DNA of 64,000 nucleotides, from contig LCFP01000012.1 in the NCBI GenBank assembly GCA_000999095.1, forward strand, positions 68,140 to 132,139, given 5' to 3'. This DNA comes from Candidatus Gottesmanbacteria bacterium GW2011_GWA2_43_14 (GTDB lineage: Bacteria; Patescibacteriota; Microgenomatia; 2-02-FULL-39-11). Numbering within the stretch: the first letter of the stretch is position 1; each line of letters starts with the position of its first letter. Positions 48,554-57,856 of the stretch are shown here, piece by piece. A program made the translations under genes and the position numbers. The notes under the pieces were generated by a model that had not been told where the DNA came from, searched no databases, and saw nothing but the letters and a program-made list of their open reading frames with translations.

Positions 48554-49121
48554 AAGTATTTATTTCCTCCTCATGTGACAAGATGTATCCGAGTTCATCC
48601 GTGCCTGACAGGAGGCAGTACTTGCGGAAAGCATCAATCTCAAAATTGAATTTTATTTTTATTTCAGGAATTTTCACTTCCTGTTTTTTTAATTCAACGT
48701 TAATTTGACAGTCAGGCCGTGTTTTTACAATCTTCATGAACCTGCTTATTTCCATGTCATTTAACTTGATGCATAAGAGCCCGTTTTTAAGAGAATTATT
48801 GTAAAAAATATCTCCGAAGGTGGAGGAAATGATTACTTTGAATCCGAAATCAGTTAAAGCCCAGACCGCATGTTCGCGGCTGGAGCCGCTGCCGAAGTTT
48901 TTGCCGGCCGCCAGAATTTTGGCTCCTTTTGTTTTTTTCTCATTGAAAATATGCTTTTTAAATTTGCCGCCGGTTTCATACCGCCAGTTATAGAAAAGAT
49001 ATTTGCCCAAGCCGGTCCTTACGGTTGTTTTCAAAAATACAGCCGGAATGATCTGGTCGGTGTCGATATTTTCGGTCTCGACAACTATTGCCGTTGAAAT
49101 AATTTTGGAAAAAGATTTCAT
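48537..49121 (-). CDS. leuD: 3-isopropylmalate dehydratase small subunit
   Basis: NIDTDQIIPA.FL, NFGSGSSREHA.WAL, FGDIFYNN. Confidence 0.97.
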   Translation of the reverse strand: MKSFSKIISTAIVVETENIDTDQIIPAVFLKTTVRTGLGKYLFYNWRYETGGKFKKHIFNEKKTKGAKILAAGKNFGSGSSREHAVWALTDFGFKVIISSTFGDIFYNNSLKNGLLCIKLNDMEISRFMKIVKTRPDCQINVELKKQEVKIPEIKIKFNFEIDAFRKYCLLSGTDELGYILSHEEEINTYEKNL

Positions 49122-50518
49122 AAATAATTCCTGGGGTCGGCAATCCTGCCTTCAAGTGCCGAAACAGCCGCTGTCAGGGGACTGGCCAGAAAAGTCCTCG
49201 CCCCCGGCCCCTGCCTGCCTTCGTAATTGCGGTTGGAAGTCGAAACGCAATATTTGCCGGCAGGAATCCGGTCGCTGTTCATGGCTATGCAGGCGGAGCA
49301 GCCGGACCACCGCCACTGGAAACCGGCATCGGTAAAAATCCGGTCCAATCCTTCTCTTTCCGCTGCCAGTTTTACCTGACGGGAACCGGGAACAACCAGG
49401 GCCGTCACCTCCGGGCTGACTTTTTTGCCTTTGATGATTGCGGCTGCCTCCCGCAGGTCTGATATCCGGGCATTGGTGCAGCTGCCGATGAATATATAAT
49501 CGATGGGGAAGCCTTCCAATTTACCCGACGGCTTAAGGTTCATATAGCTCAGCGCTTTTTCCATCGATTTCCTGCGGCTTTCCGATTTCTCGTTTTTAGG
49601 ATCGGGTATTTCCCCGTTAATTTTTATGGCGGAAGCCGGATCCGTACCCCAGGTAACCAGAGGGGTGATTTTGTTTGCTTCAAATTTTAGCGATTTGGCA
49701 AATTTCGCTCCCTTGTCAGTTTTCAATTTCTTCCATTGCCGGACTTTCTCGTCAAATTTTTGACCATTGGGAACAAATTTCTTGCCTTTCAGATAACTGA
49801 AAGTTATTTCGTCAGGTGCGATCAGTCCCGCCCGGGAGCCTGCTTCTATCGACATGTTGCAGATTGTCATTCTTTGCTCCATGGTAAGATTTCTGATTAA
49901 ACTTCCGGTATATTCGATAAAAAATCCCGCGCCTCCGCCCGTTCCGATTCCGGCCAGGATTGTCAGGATGATGTCTTTGGCAGTGACTCCCTTGCCGATA
50001 TCGCCTTCAACGGCTATTTCCATCGACTGCATGAGTTTGGCCAAGATGCATTGTGTCGCCAGTACCTGTTCTATCTCGGTCGTGCCGATGCCGAAAGCCA
50101 GGGCGCCGAATGCGCCGTGTGTTGAGGTATGGGAATCTCCGCAGACGATAGTTTGACCCGGCTGGACAAAACCGAGCTCAGGCGCCATCACATGGACGAT
50201 TCCCTGGTAAGCGGAATCAAGCCCGTAGAGCCTGATGCCGAAATCACGGCAGTTCTTAATTAAAGTCTCTACCTGAAGTTTGGACAGGGGATCGGCAATG
50301 ACGGTCTGGTTGTCAGTTGGTACGTTATGGTCGCAGGTGGCGATGGTTTTGTCCGTCCGGCGGACTCTTAAGCCTTTTAGGCGAAGATTGGCAAAAGCCT
50401 GCGGGGTGGTCACCTCATGCAGGATATGGCCGTCGATGTAAAGGATTGAAGGCCCGTTTTTTTCCCGGTGGACAATATGTTTTTCCCAGATTTTTTCAGC
50501 CAGAGTTTTTTTCGTCAT
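49118..50518 (-). CDS. leuC: 3-isopropylmalate dehydratase large subunit
   Basis: HEVTTPQAF, CGDSHTSTHGAFG, CNMSIE, FIGSCTN, GCSACIAMN, STSNRN.EGRQG. Confidence 0.97.
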   Translation of the reverse strand: MTKKTLAEKIWEKHIVHREKNGPSILYIDGHILHEVTTPQAFANLRLKGLRVRRTDKTIATCDHNVPTDNQTVIADPLSKLQVETLIKNCRDFGIRLYGLDSAYQGIVHVMAPELGFVQPGQTIVCGDSHTSTHGAFGALAFGIGTTEIEQVLATQCILAKLMQSMEIAVEGDIGKGVTAKDIILTILAGIGTGGGAGFFIEYTGSLIRNLTMEQRMTICNMSIEAGSRAGLIAPDEITFSYLKGKKFVPNGQKFDEKVRQWKKLKTDKGAKFAKSLKFEANKITPLVTWGTDPASAIKINGEIPDPKNEKSESRRKSMEKALSYMNLKPSGKLEGFPIDYIFIGSCTNARISDLREAAAIIKGKKVSPEVTALVVPGSRQVKLAAEREGLDRIFTDAGFQWRWSGCSACIAMNSDRIPAGKYCVSTSNRNYEGRQGPGARTFLASPLTAAVSALEGRIADPRNYL

Positions 50519-50520
50519 GT

Positions 50521-52032
50521 TTATTTTGCGGAAAGATGATTTATGGCATCGATATAAGCCAGGCAGGCAGCCATGACGGTATCGGTGTGGACTGCCGTGC
50601 CCCAACAGAGATTCTTGTTCGATTCCAGGGCGATGTTTACCCGCGCCTGGGCATCGGAACCGCCGGTGGCAGCCTGGATTAAAAATTCCTTCAACGGATA
50701 TTTTTTACCCAGGCTTTTATCGATCGCATTGAAGATGGCATCTATTGCTCCGTTCCCCAGAGCTTCGGCTGATTTTATTTTTCCGCCAACCAGCAATTTA
50801 ATGTCTGCCCGCGGTTTTATATGGCTGCCGGAAATAATTTTCAAATCAGAAAGCCTTATTTTTTTAGTTTGCCCGTTTGACCCGTTGCTGCCAAAAATAG
50901 TCAGCAGGTCTTCGTCGTAGATTTCTTTTTTGGCATCTGCAAGCTGCAAGAATTTTGCGTAGAGTTTATCAAGTTCTTCCGGAGAAATCCTGATGTTCAT
51001 TTTTTCCAGTTTATGTCTGACCGCTGCCCGGCCGCTTCTGGCGGTCAGGATAATCTGCGACAGGCCTGCGCCGACAATTTTCGGATCAATGATCTCATAA
51101 TTTTCCCTGTGTTTGAGAATGCCGTCCTGGTGGATGCCTGATGAATGGGCAAAAGCATTTGATCCGACGATGGCTTTGTTCGGCGCCACGGGAATGCCCA
51201 TGATGTGGGAAACCATCCGGGAAGTATTTATTATTTGCCGGGTTTTGACTTTGGTCGAAAAATTCTGAAAATTTTTCCTGGTATAAAGAGCCATGACGAT
51301 TTCTTCCAGGGAAGTGTTGCCGGCCCGCTCGCCTATGCCGTTGACGGTCACTTCCGCCTGCCGGGCGCCGTTTTCGATGCCTGCTAAAGTATTGGCGGTA
51401 GCCAAGCCCAGATCATCATGGCAGTGGACGCTGATGACAGCCTTGCCGATATTCGGTACGTTTTCTTTCAGGTATTTGATTTTTCGGCCGAATTCTTCCG
51501 GGAAACAGTAGCCGGTGGTATCGGGGATGTTGACGACGGTCGCGCCGGCGTGTATTACGGCGGTAATCAGTTTGGCCAGAAATTCCAAATCAGCCCGGCC
51601 TGCGTCCTCGGCGTAAAACTCGACGTCGTGCACGAATTTTTTGGCGTACTTAACGGCTTCGACTCCCTTTATCAGGATTTTTTCCCTGGTCGATTTGAAC
51701 TTATATTTGATATGGACATCGGATGCTCCTATGCCGGTATGGATTCTGGGACGTTTGGCATGCTGCAAAGCTTCAGCCGCCGCGTCGATATCCTCTTTGA
51801 CAGCCCTGGTCAGTCCGCAGACAACCGTTTTTTTGATCACCCTTGAGATCTGGTCGACTGAGCGGAAATCACCCGGGCTTGAGACGGGGAAGCCGGCCTC
51901 GATTGTGTCCACCCCCAGATTTTCCAGCTGCAGGGCCAGTTGGATTTTCCGGTTGGTGTCCAGTTTCGCCCCGGGCGACTGTTCTCCGTCGCGCAGAGTC
52001 GTATCGAAAATATGGATTTTTTGTCTGCTCAT
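50521..52032 (-). CDS. leuA: 2-isopropylmalate synthase
   Basis: [38 protein letters not shown]-terminal regulatory domain. Confidence 0.97.
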   Translation of the reverse strand: MSRQKIHIFDTTLRDGEQSPGAKLDTNRKIQLALQLENLGVDTIEAGFPVSSPGDFRSVDQISRVIKKTVVCGLTRAVKEDIDAAAEALQHAKRPRIHTGIGASDVHIKYKFKSTREKILIKGVEAVKYAKKFVHDVEFYAEDAGRADLEFLAKLITAVIHAGATVVNIPDTTGYCFPEEFGRKIKYLKENVPNIGKAVISVHCHDDLGLATANTLAGIENGARQAEVTVNGIGERAGNTSLEEIVMALYTRKNFQNFSTKVKTRQIINTSRMVSHIMGIPVAPNKAIVGSNAFAHSSGIHQDGILKHRENYEIIDPKIVGAGLSQIILTARSGRAAVRHKLEKMNIRISPEELDKLYAKFLQLADAKKEIYDEDLLTIFGSNGSNGQTKKIRLSDLKIISGSHIKPRADIKLLVGGKIKSAEALGNGAIDAIFNAIDKSLGKKYPLKEFLIQAATGGSDAQARVNIALESNKNLCWGTAVHTDTVMAACLAYIDAINHLSAK

Positions 52033-52037
52033 CCGAT

Positions 52038-52376
52038 TCAGTCTCCTTTGGTGTTTACTTTTTTAGGTTCCAAAAGCAAAACGACTGCTCTTTTTTCAGC
52101 TTTCGGACAGTGTTTGACGCCCTTCGGTACGACATATCCTTCACCTGACGACAATTCCACGTTTCCGTTTTCGGTTTGAATGGTAATTTTCCCTTTATAA
52201 ATCAGGAAAAATTCGTCATCATCGTGTTTATGCCAATGAAATTCTCCCTTGACCGCGACAGCCCTTAAGACCCAGTCATTGATATAGGCGACATCGACAG
52301 GAGACCAGTAAGTGTCTCCGAGCTTTTTATCTACCTGGGCAAGATTGTATTTTTCGGCCATTTTATTAACATTCAT
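52038..52376 (-). CDS. Cupin domain protein
   Basis: [28 protein letters not shown]; SD AAGGAG. Confidence 0.88.
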   Translation of the reverse strand: MNVNKMAEKYNLAQVDKKLGDTYWSPVDVAYINDWVLRAVAVKGEFHWHKHDDDEFFLIYKGKITIQTENGNVELSSGEGYVVPKGVKHCPKAEKRAVVLLLEPKKVNTKGD

Positions 52377-52405
52377 AAAACTCCTTTCCTGCCGTTTTGC
52401 GGCAT

Positions 52406-52433
52406 AAAAAAACCTCTCCTGTTTGGAGAGATT
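52406..52433 (-). terminator. leu attenuator terminator
   Basis: Minus strand ATCTCTCC-AAACA-GGAGAGGT + T-run; upstream GTTTGGGGAG can pair with CTCTCCAAAC. Confidence 0.85.
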
Positions 52434-52469
52434 TAAAATTTATTAAAAAGGATTTTCTCCCCAAACCGC

Positions 52470-52523
52470 TCAGACCTTCAAAAGAAGGCTAAGATCAGGG
52501 TTAAGGAGAGAAATTCCGGTCAT
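52470..52523 (-). CDS. leu operon leader peptide (17 aa)
   Basis: MTGISLLNPDLSLLLKV, 6 Leu codons, between promoter and terminator. Confidence 0.85.
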   Translation of the reverse strand: MTGISLLNPDLSLLLKV

Positions 52524-52533
52524 GTTTGATTTT

Positions 52534-52562
52534 ATTTTACTCATTCCGCTATTTTCTGTCAA
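52534..52562 (-). promoter_or_regulatory. leu operon sigma70 promoter
   Basis: TTGACA-17-TAAAAT, 10 nt before the leader ATG. Confidence 0.85.
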
Positions 52563-52572
52563 TTCCGGTCCG

Positions 52573-52603
52573 ATAAAAAAGGACCGGACAGGTCCTTTTT
52601 TAT
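52573..52603. terminator. Bidirectional intrinsic terminator
   Basis: ATAAAAAAGGACC-GGACA-GGTCCTTTTTTAT. Confidence 0.85.
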
Positions 52604-52622
52604 TTTTAAAGATAATTGGTGT

Positions 52623-53333
52623 TTAATTCACGTCAGTTGACACTTCGTAAAACCTGAGCTGAAGCAACTTCAGTCCCTGGTTATCATAGCTCCAGAAATA
52701 ATCCTGAAGCGCGTCATTGAACAGATTATACCTCTCAGTCTGACCGTCACCGTCAAGATCGACATAGATATAAAGCAGTTCCTTGCTGACATTGGTAAAG
52801 GCACTCTTTCCTTTTGTCCTCACTTGGACTGATGTGTAGACCGAGCACCATTCTTCACCCGTTAAAGGATCGGTGGCGCAGGTTGTCATCGTTGATTTAC
52901 CGCCCGGTTTACCCAAAGCTCTGGCATAGACAGAATATTTGGTAATACCGTCATTTTCCGGATCCGGATTGGGCAGTTGAAAAGAAGACTGTCCGTTATC
53001 GGTACAGTTTCCGTCAAGCACCTGGAATTCTCCCATGCTTAAATTTATCTTGCAGTTTCCTTCGAGAGGAACGAATATCCTGTGTCCGCTTGAGCCTGTC
53101 ATACTGGCAGTTTTATTTTTAGGCACACCGATAATATTCAAATTATAGTGGGTGCCGGAGGGCGCGCTGTTGCCTGTTAAGCCAGGCTTGGCTGCCCTGC
53201 CTCTGGTTGAAGTCGAACCATACTGGACTCCCCATAGGACCATAAATACGACTACAGTCAGGAAAAAGATGACCATTAAAGGTGATAAAACGATTTTTAA
53301 ATCTTTATGTATTTTTTTTCTCGCCTTCGGCAT
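52623..53333 (-). CDS. Hypothetical membrane-anchored exported protein
   Basis: 236 aa; N-terminal TM; SD GGGGGTGA; four Cys; DLDGDG motif. Confidence 0.75.
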   Translation of the reverse strand: MPKARKKIHKDLKIVLSPLMVIFFLTVVVFMVLWGVQYGSTSTRGRAAKPGLTGNSAPSGTHYNLNIIGVPKNKTASMTGSSGHRIFVPLEGNCKINLSMGEFQVLDGNCTDNGQSSFQLPNPDPENDGITKYSVYARALGKPGGKSTMTTCATDPLTGEEWCSVYTSVQVRTKGKSAFTNVSKELLYIYVDLDGDGQTERYNLFNDALQDYFWSYDNQGLKLLQLRFYEVSTDVN

Positions 53334-53417
53334 GTGATCACCCCCTTTTTATATCTGTATTTATCTTGCCCATAAAATGTCATAATTGTCAACCGTATTT
53401 TCCTTTTTCCAAATCAA

Positions 53418-53446
53418 AACCCCTTCAATTTTTCAATGAAGGGGTT
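53418..53446 (-). terminator. Probable terminator hairpin
   Basis: AACCCCTTCA/TGAAGGGGTT stem downstream of the small Zn-ribbon gene. Confidence 0.65.
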
Positions 53447-53474
53447 ATGAGAAAAACATTTGAAAATTCCTTTT

Positions 53475-53615
53475 TTAGCCGCCGATCTTATACATGCCTG
53501 TTCCGCAGACCGGACACTTACCTTTCAGAGCGGGCTTGCCGTTCTTCATGGTAACTTTCTGGGCATTGGGATCATCTCTTTTGGCGCGGCATTTAACGCA
53601 ATACATTTCTGCCAT
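53475..53615 (-). CDS. Small zinc-ribbon protein, DUF5679-like, 46 aa (absent from ORF track)
   Basis: MAEMYCVKCRAKRDDPNAQKVTMKNGKPALKGKCPVCGTGMYKIGG; strong SD AAGGAGGTGA. Confidence 0.9.
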   Translation of the reverse strand: MAEMYCVKCRAKRDDPNAQKVTMKNGKPALKGKCPVCGTGMYKIGG

Positions 53616-53644
53616 TAAACTTCACCTCCTTTATTTGAGCCTAT

Positions 53645-53935
53645 TTAGCCTCGTAGCAAGTAATATAACACAACTTGAATTACCAAAGCAAAAACCGTGA
53701 ACAGAGAGATTTTAAGAAGGTCTTTTTTTACGTGGCTGTCGGCGCTCCCGGTGTTAATTGTCTGGGCTGTTCCAACAGTCTTTTCCTTTAATTCAGCCTT
53801 AACGGGTAAACTGATTTCAGGGGAAGGGATCGCCTCCCCAACTTGGGGCTTGACAGGTCCGGCCATTGAGATCTGGAATTGCGTCTGTCTGAGTTTTTCA
53901 GCTCTGAGTTTTTGCTTTTTGGTTTTCTTTGGCAT
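53645..53935 (-). CDS. Hypothetical protein, basic N-terminus and C-terminal TM
   Basis: MPKKTKKQKLRAEK...HVKKDLLKISLFTVFALVIQVVLYYLL. Confidence 0.7.
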   Translation of the reverse strand: MPKKTKKQKLRAEKLRQTQFQISMAGPVKPQVGEAIPSPEISLPVKAELKEKTVGTAQTINTGSADSHVKKDLLKISLFTVFALVIQVVLYYLLRG

Positions 53936-53978
53936 TGAAGTGTCGGCGGGGTTTTGCTTTGGTTTCGAGCGTAGCATA

Positions 53979-54007
53979 TTGACAGTAAGTTGTAAAGTCA
54001 GTACAAT
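53979..54007 (+). promoter_or_regulatory. Sigma70 promoter
   Basis: TTGACA-17-TACAAT. Confidence 0.75.
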
Positions 54008-54045
54008 CTCGAATACATAGTTTACTCATTTGAATTCTTGAAAAT

Positions 54046-54516
54046 ATGGAGTCGGTATTGATCATTATACTGACGGGGATAATAGTTTATTTGGTTGTCC
54101 TGACTTATTATCTGAACCGATATAAAATTCTGATGAGTAAGCTGGTTCAGAATCCCGGTGGGGAAAATCTGGCTGACATTTTGAGATCCATTGTTTCAAA
54201 ATTGGATACTGACAGGGAAAATATAGACCAAATACGCAAAGAAATTTCCCGGCAGGCCCAGTTGAGTTTGAAGCATGTCCAAAAAGTCAGTCTATTGAGA
54301 TTCAACCCTTTTTCCGATACCGGCGGTGACCAGTCGTTTGTCATGGCTTTTCTCGATGCCGATGATAGCGGCATTGTTTTGACTTCACTGCACAACAGGG
54401 GTCAAAGCCGCTGGTATGCCAAAAGCATTGTTCACGGCAAGGGGCTCAGTCATGAACTGTCAAACGAAGAAATTAAAGCCATAAAAATTGCCCATGAAGG
54501 ACATGTTAAACATTAA
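54046..54516 (+). CDS. DUF4446 family protein
   Basis: QKVSLLRFNPFSDTGGDQSF..AFLD....GIVLTSLH.R..SR.YAK. Confidence 0.85.
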   Translation: MESVLIIILTGIIVYLVVLTYYLNRYKILMSKLVQNPGGENLADILRSIVSKLDTDRENIDQIRKEISRQAQLSLKHVQKVSLLRFNPFSDTGGDQSFVMAFLDADDSGIVLTSLHNRGQSRWYAKSIVHGKGLSHELSNEEIKAIKIAHEGHVKH

Positions 54517-54532
54517 TTAAGGAGCTTCGACA

Positions 54533-55702
54533 ATGAAATTAAAAATGGTCAATATCATGATGGGACTGGGACTTTACCTCCTGTCAACAGGTATTTCTTT
54601 TGCCGCATTTAACCTGACGTCGCCGCCCTCATCCGATGTGACTTTCCCCCTTATCAACGTTTCTCCCGGACAAAAACCCAAATTCAAGGTCGATCCGTCT
54701 GTTCCCCGCGACCAGGAATGTCCTTTAAACGGAGTCATGTACACCAAGCAGGAAAGCGATATTTACGCCGGGAGGCGGCCTCTGGCTGTCATGATAGAAA
54801 ACAGCGCCGAATCGCGTCCGCAGTCAGGATTGTCCCGGGCCGATATTGTCTATGAAGCCATTGCCGAGGGTTGGATTACCAGAATGATGGGCATTTATTA
54901 CTGCAATACCCCTATGGAAAACATTATTTTTGCACCCGTCAGAAGCGCCAGAACATATTACGTCGATTGGGTGTCTGAATATGACGCTTTGTATAACCAT
55001 GTCGGCGGTGCCGGCCGCTGCAATGACGACACGGTTGACGACAGGGCCAAAGCTCTTTGCCAGATCGACCGCTTCGGCATCAAGGATTTGGACCAGTTCA
55101 GTATCGGTTATCCTGACTGTTACCGCAATCCCGACAGGCTTGACCATCCGGTAGCCACAGAACATACCATGGTCTGTTTCTCGGAAAACCTCTATAAAAT
55201 TGCCGAAAAACGGGGTTGGACGAATGTCGACGAGAGGGATATTCCCTGGGATAAGAATTTTCAAAGCTGGCAGTTCAAGGACGATGCCAAGGAAGCTGAC
55301 CGGGGAACAACCAATTCAATCAAAATAGTTTTCGCGAAAGGCTATGACAAATACGATGCCGGCTGGACGTTTGATCGGGCAAGCAACAGTTATAAGAGGT
55401 CAAGCGGCGGGCAAGTCCATCTCGATCTGGAAACCAAAGAGCAGATTACCGCTAAAAATGTAGTTGTCCAGGTTTCGGAAATAACCGGTCCGGTTGATGA
55501 CCACGCACATATTCTTTATGACACGATCGGTTCCGGTAAAGCTCTGGTTTTTTCGGATGGCAAGGTTATTAACGGCACCTGGACAAAAAAAAGCCGCATC
55601 GGCAGAACTGTCTTTTTTGACAGCGTCGGTAAGGAAATTTCCTTTACCAGGGGGCCGGTTTGGATTGAAGTCATACCGAGCGAACAACAGGTAACCTATT
55701 AA
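54533..55702 (+). CDS. DUF3048 domain exported protein
   Basis: RPLAVMIEN...RPQSGLS.ADIVYE..AEG.ITR, PVRSARTYY, G.VWIEV. Confidence 0.88.
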   Translation: MKLKMVNIMMGLGLYLLSTGISFAAFNLTSPPSSDVTFPLINVSPGQKPKFKVDPSVPRDQECPLNGVMYTKQESDIYAGRRPLAVMIENSAESRPQSGLSRADIVYEAIAEGWITRMMGIYYCNTPMENIIFAPVRSARTYYVDWVSEYDALYNHVGGAGRCNDDTVDDRAKALCQIDRFGIKDLDQFSIGYPDCYRNPDRLDHPVATEHTMVCFSENLYKIAEKRGWTNVDERDIPWDKNFQSWQFKDDAKEADRGTTNSIKIVFAKGYDKYDAGWTFDRASNSYKRSSGGQVHLDLETKEQITAKNVVVQVSEITGPVDDHAHILYDTIGSGKALVFSDGKVINGTWTKKSRIGRTVFFDSVGKEISFTRGPVWIEVIPSEQQVTY

Positions 55703-55745
55703 TAAAGTTATTCTGCCCGAAAGAAAAACCGGAAAGGGGAATAAC

Positions 55746-56321
55746 ATGCTTAAAGAACTAATAATCTCGCGGGTCAGGGTAAAAATTCTGCGACTCTTCT
55801 TTTTGTCCCCGGGAAATATTTATCATGTCAGGGAAATAGTCCGCCGCACCGAAGAGGAAATCAACGCCGTCAGAAGGGAATTGGCCCATTTGGAAAAAGC
55901 GGGCATTATGAGCAAGGAAAGGCGCGCCAACCGTCTTTTCTATATGCTCCGGAAAGATTATGCTTTGTATTACGACCTTATGGCACTCCTCGAGAAAACC
56001 ATGGGACTGGGTGGGGAACTATTGAAAAACAAGGCAAAACTAGGCAAAATCAAATACGCCATGATAGCAGGCCGCTTTGCCCGCCATATTCCCAGAAGCG
56101 GCAATGAAGTTGATCTTTTGATTGTCGGCAAAGTAGTCCTGCCGGAACTGGGCCAAATCGTCCGTAAGGAGGAAGTCCGCCGCGAAGGCGAAATCAATTA
56201 TACGGTGATGACTGAGGATGAATTTGAATTCAGAAAGAAAAGGCGGGACCCGTTCATTATTGATGTATTAAAAGGCTCAAGGATAATGATCATCGGAGAT
56301 GAATACGAACTGGTGAAGTAA
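55746..56321 (+). CDS. Winged-helix plus nucleotidyltransferase-like protein
   Basis: SRVRVKIL, HVREIVR...EEINAVRREL..LE..G; VDLLIVG, EINYTVM. Confidence 0.75.
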   Translation: MLKELIISRVRVKILRLFFLSPGNIYHVREIVRRTEEEINAVRRELAHLEKAGIMSKERRANRLFYMLRKDYALYYDLMALLEKTMGLGGELLKNKAKLGKIKYAMIAGRFARHIPRSGNEVDLLIVGKVVLPELGQIVRKEEVRREGEINYTVMTEDEFEFRKKRRDPFIIDVLKGSRIMIIGDEYELVK

Positions 56322-56341
56322 GGACTGCCCCGCAACCATTC

Positions 56342-56524
56342 ATGAAACATAAGGTCATCAGAGCAGGTTTGCACAGTCTGGCGGTTATCATTCCGTCCCA
56401 GTTTATCCAGGCACTGGGCATCAAAAAGGGAGATACGGCCGATGTTACGGTTTTCAGGCACAAAGGTGAAGTCAGGATCAAATTTAAAGGCAATCTGCAG
56501 CTTTTATTGCCGGAAGGTAAATGA
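56342..56524 (+). CDS. AbrB/MazE/SpoVT-family DNA-binding protein
   Basis: KVIRAG.HSLAVIIPSQFIQALGIKKGD. Confidence 0.8.
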   Translation: MKHKVIRAGLHSLAVIIPSQFIQALGIKKGDTADVTVFRHKGEVRIKFKGNLQLLLPEGK

Positions 56525-57856
56525 GTGAAATCAGATAGACGTCTTTTATGGCTTATTGCGGTTTTGACGGTATTGTCAATCTGGATTGTGCTGCCGGAAA
56601 AAATGGAAATCTCCCTGCCGTTTTTGAATAATCTCAAAAGAACGGTTGGGTCCCCGGAAATTAATATCAACCTCGGACCGGTCAAATTGCAGCGGAAATT
56701 TACCACCCGCCTGGGTTTGGACCTTTCCGGCGGGACGCATCTGGTGATGGAAGCGGATATGGCTAAAATACCTGAAGCCGACCGCAAAAGCGCTTTTGAC
56801 AGTGCCAAAAACATCGTCGAGACCAGAATCAACCTCTACGGGCTGACGGAACCGGTGATCCAGGAGTCAAAAGTCGGCGATGCCTTCCGGATTATTGTGG
56901 AAATCCCGGGAGTGGCCAATTTACAGGATGCGGTTGACCTGATCGGGACCACAGCCCAGTTGTCATTCCGGGAAGAGGCGTCGGATGCGGCCAAGGTCGC
57001 TACCCCGTCATCGCTTCTGGAGGTCTGGCCGACGGAATCAGGCATAACCGGCAAAAATCTGAAAAAAAGCGAAGTTGTTTTTGACCAGAACAGCGGCAAC
57101 CCGCAGGTCAGCCTGCAGTTTGACTCGGAGGGAGCAAAAGAATTTGAAGAGCTGACCAAACGGAGTACCGGTAAAACCGTGGCCATTTTCCTTGATGACC
57201 AGTTGCTGTCGGCCCCCCGTGTCAGTACGGCCATCACCGGCGGCAACGCCGTTATCCAGGGCTCATTTTCGGTCAAGGAAGCCCGCGACCTGTCGGTCAT
57301 GCTCAATGCCGGCGCTTTGCCCGTACCTTTGAATGTCATCCAGCAAAGGCATATCGGAGCTACATTAGGCCGGGACACCATCCAGAGAAGCCTGATTGCC
57401 GGCGCGATCGGACTTTCCACAGTGGCCGTTTTCATGATTGTCAATTACGGTTTATTGGGATTGGTTGCCGATTGTGCTTTGATTGTCTATGCTCTTTTAG
57501 TCATGTCAGTCTTCAAGCTCGTTCCGGTTACTTTGACTTTGGCAGGTATTGCCGGATTTATTCTCTCAATCGGCATGGCAGTCGACGCCAATATACTGAT
57601 ATTTGAAAGGTTGAAAGAGGAACTTCGTTGGGGCAAGGATTTTTCAACCGCCTTACACTTAGGCTTCAACCGGGCTTTTCCTTCGATTTGGGACTCCAAT
57701 CTCTCTTCGCTTATAACCTGCGCTATTTTATACTGGTTCGGAACAGGCATCGTCAGGGGTTTTGCCGTGACTTTGGCCATAGGCATTGTTGTCTCCCTGT
57801 TTTCCGCCGTCACCGTGACCCGGACGTTATTAAGGTTGATGTATCCTGAAAGATAA
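56525..57856 (+). CDS. secD: Protein translocase subunit SecD
   Basis: LGLDLSGG, RIIVEIPG, LNAGALPVP, GFILSIGMAVDANILIFER. Confidence 0.97.
   Translation: MKSDRRLLWLIAVLTVLSIWIVLPEKMEISLPFLNNLKRTVGSPEININLGPVKLQRKFTTRLGLDLSGGTHLVMEADMAKIPEADRKSAFDSAKNIVETRINLYGLTEPVIQESKVGDAFRIIVEIPGVANLQDAVDLIGTTAQLSFREEASDAAKVATPSSLLEVWPTESGITGKNLKKSEVVFDQNSGNPQVSLQFDSEGAKEFEELTKRSTGKTVAIFLDDQLLSAPRVSTAITGGNAVIQGSFSVKEARDLSVMLNAGALPVPLNVIQQRHIGATLGRDTIQRSLIAGAIGLSTVAVFMIVNYGLLGLVADCALIVYALLVMSVFKLVPVTLTLAGIAGFILSIGMAVDANILIFERLKEELRWGKDFSTALHLGFNRAFPSIWDSNLSSLITCAILYWFGTGIVRGFAVTLAIGIVVSLFSAVTVTRTLLRLMYPER

Noticed and set aside
52524-52544. Upstream in-frame ATG extending the leu leader peptide
   Set aside because: Lies upstream of the -10 box of a near-consensus promoter, so it would not be on that transcript
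56836-57444. 202-aa antisense ORF within secD
   Set aside because: Shadow ORF of a conserved gene
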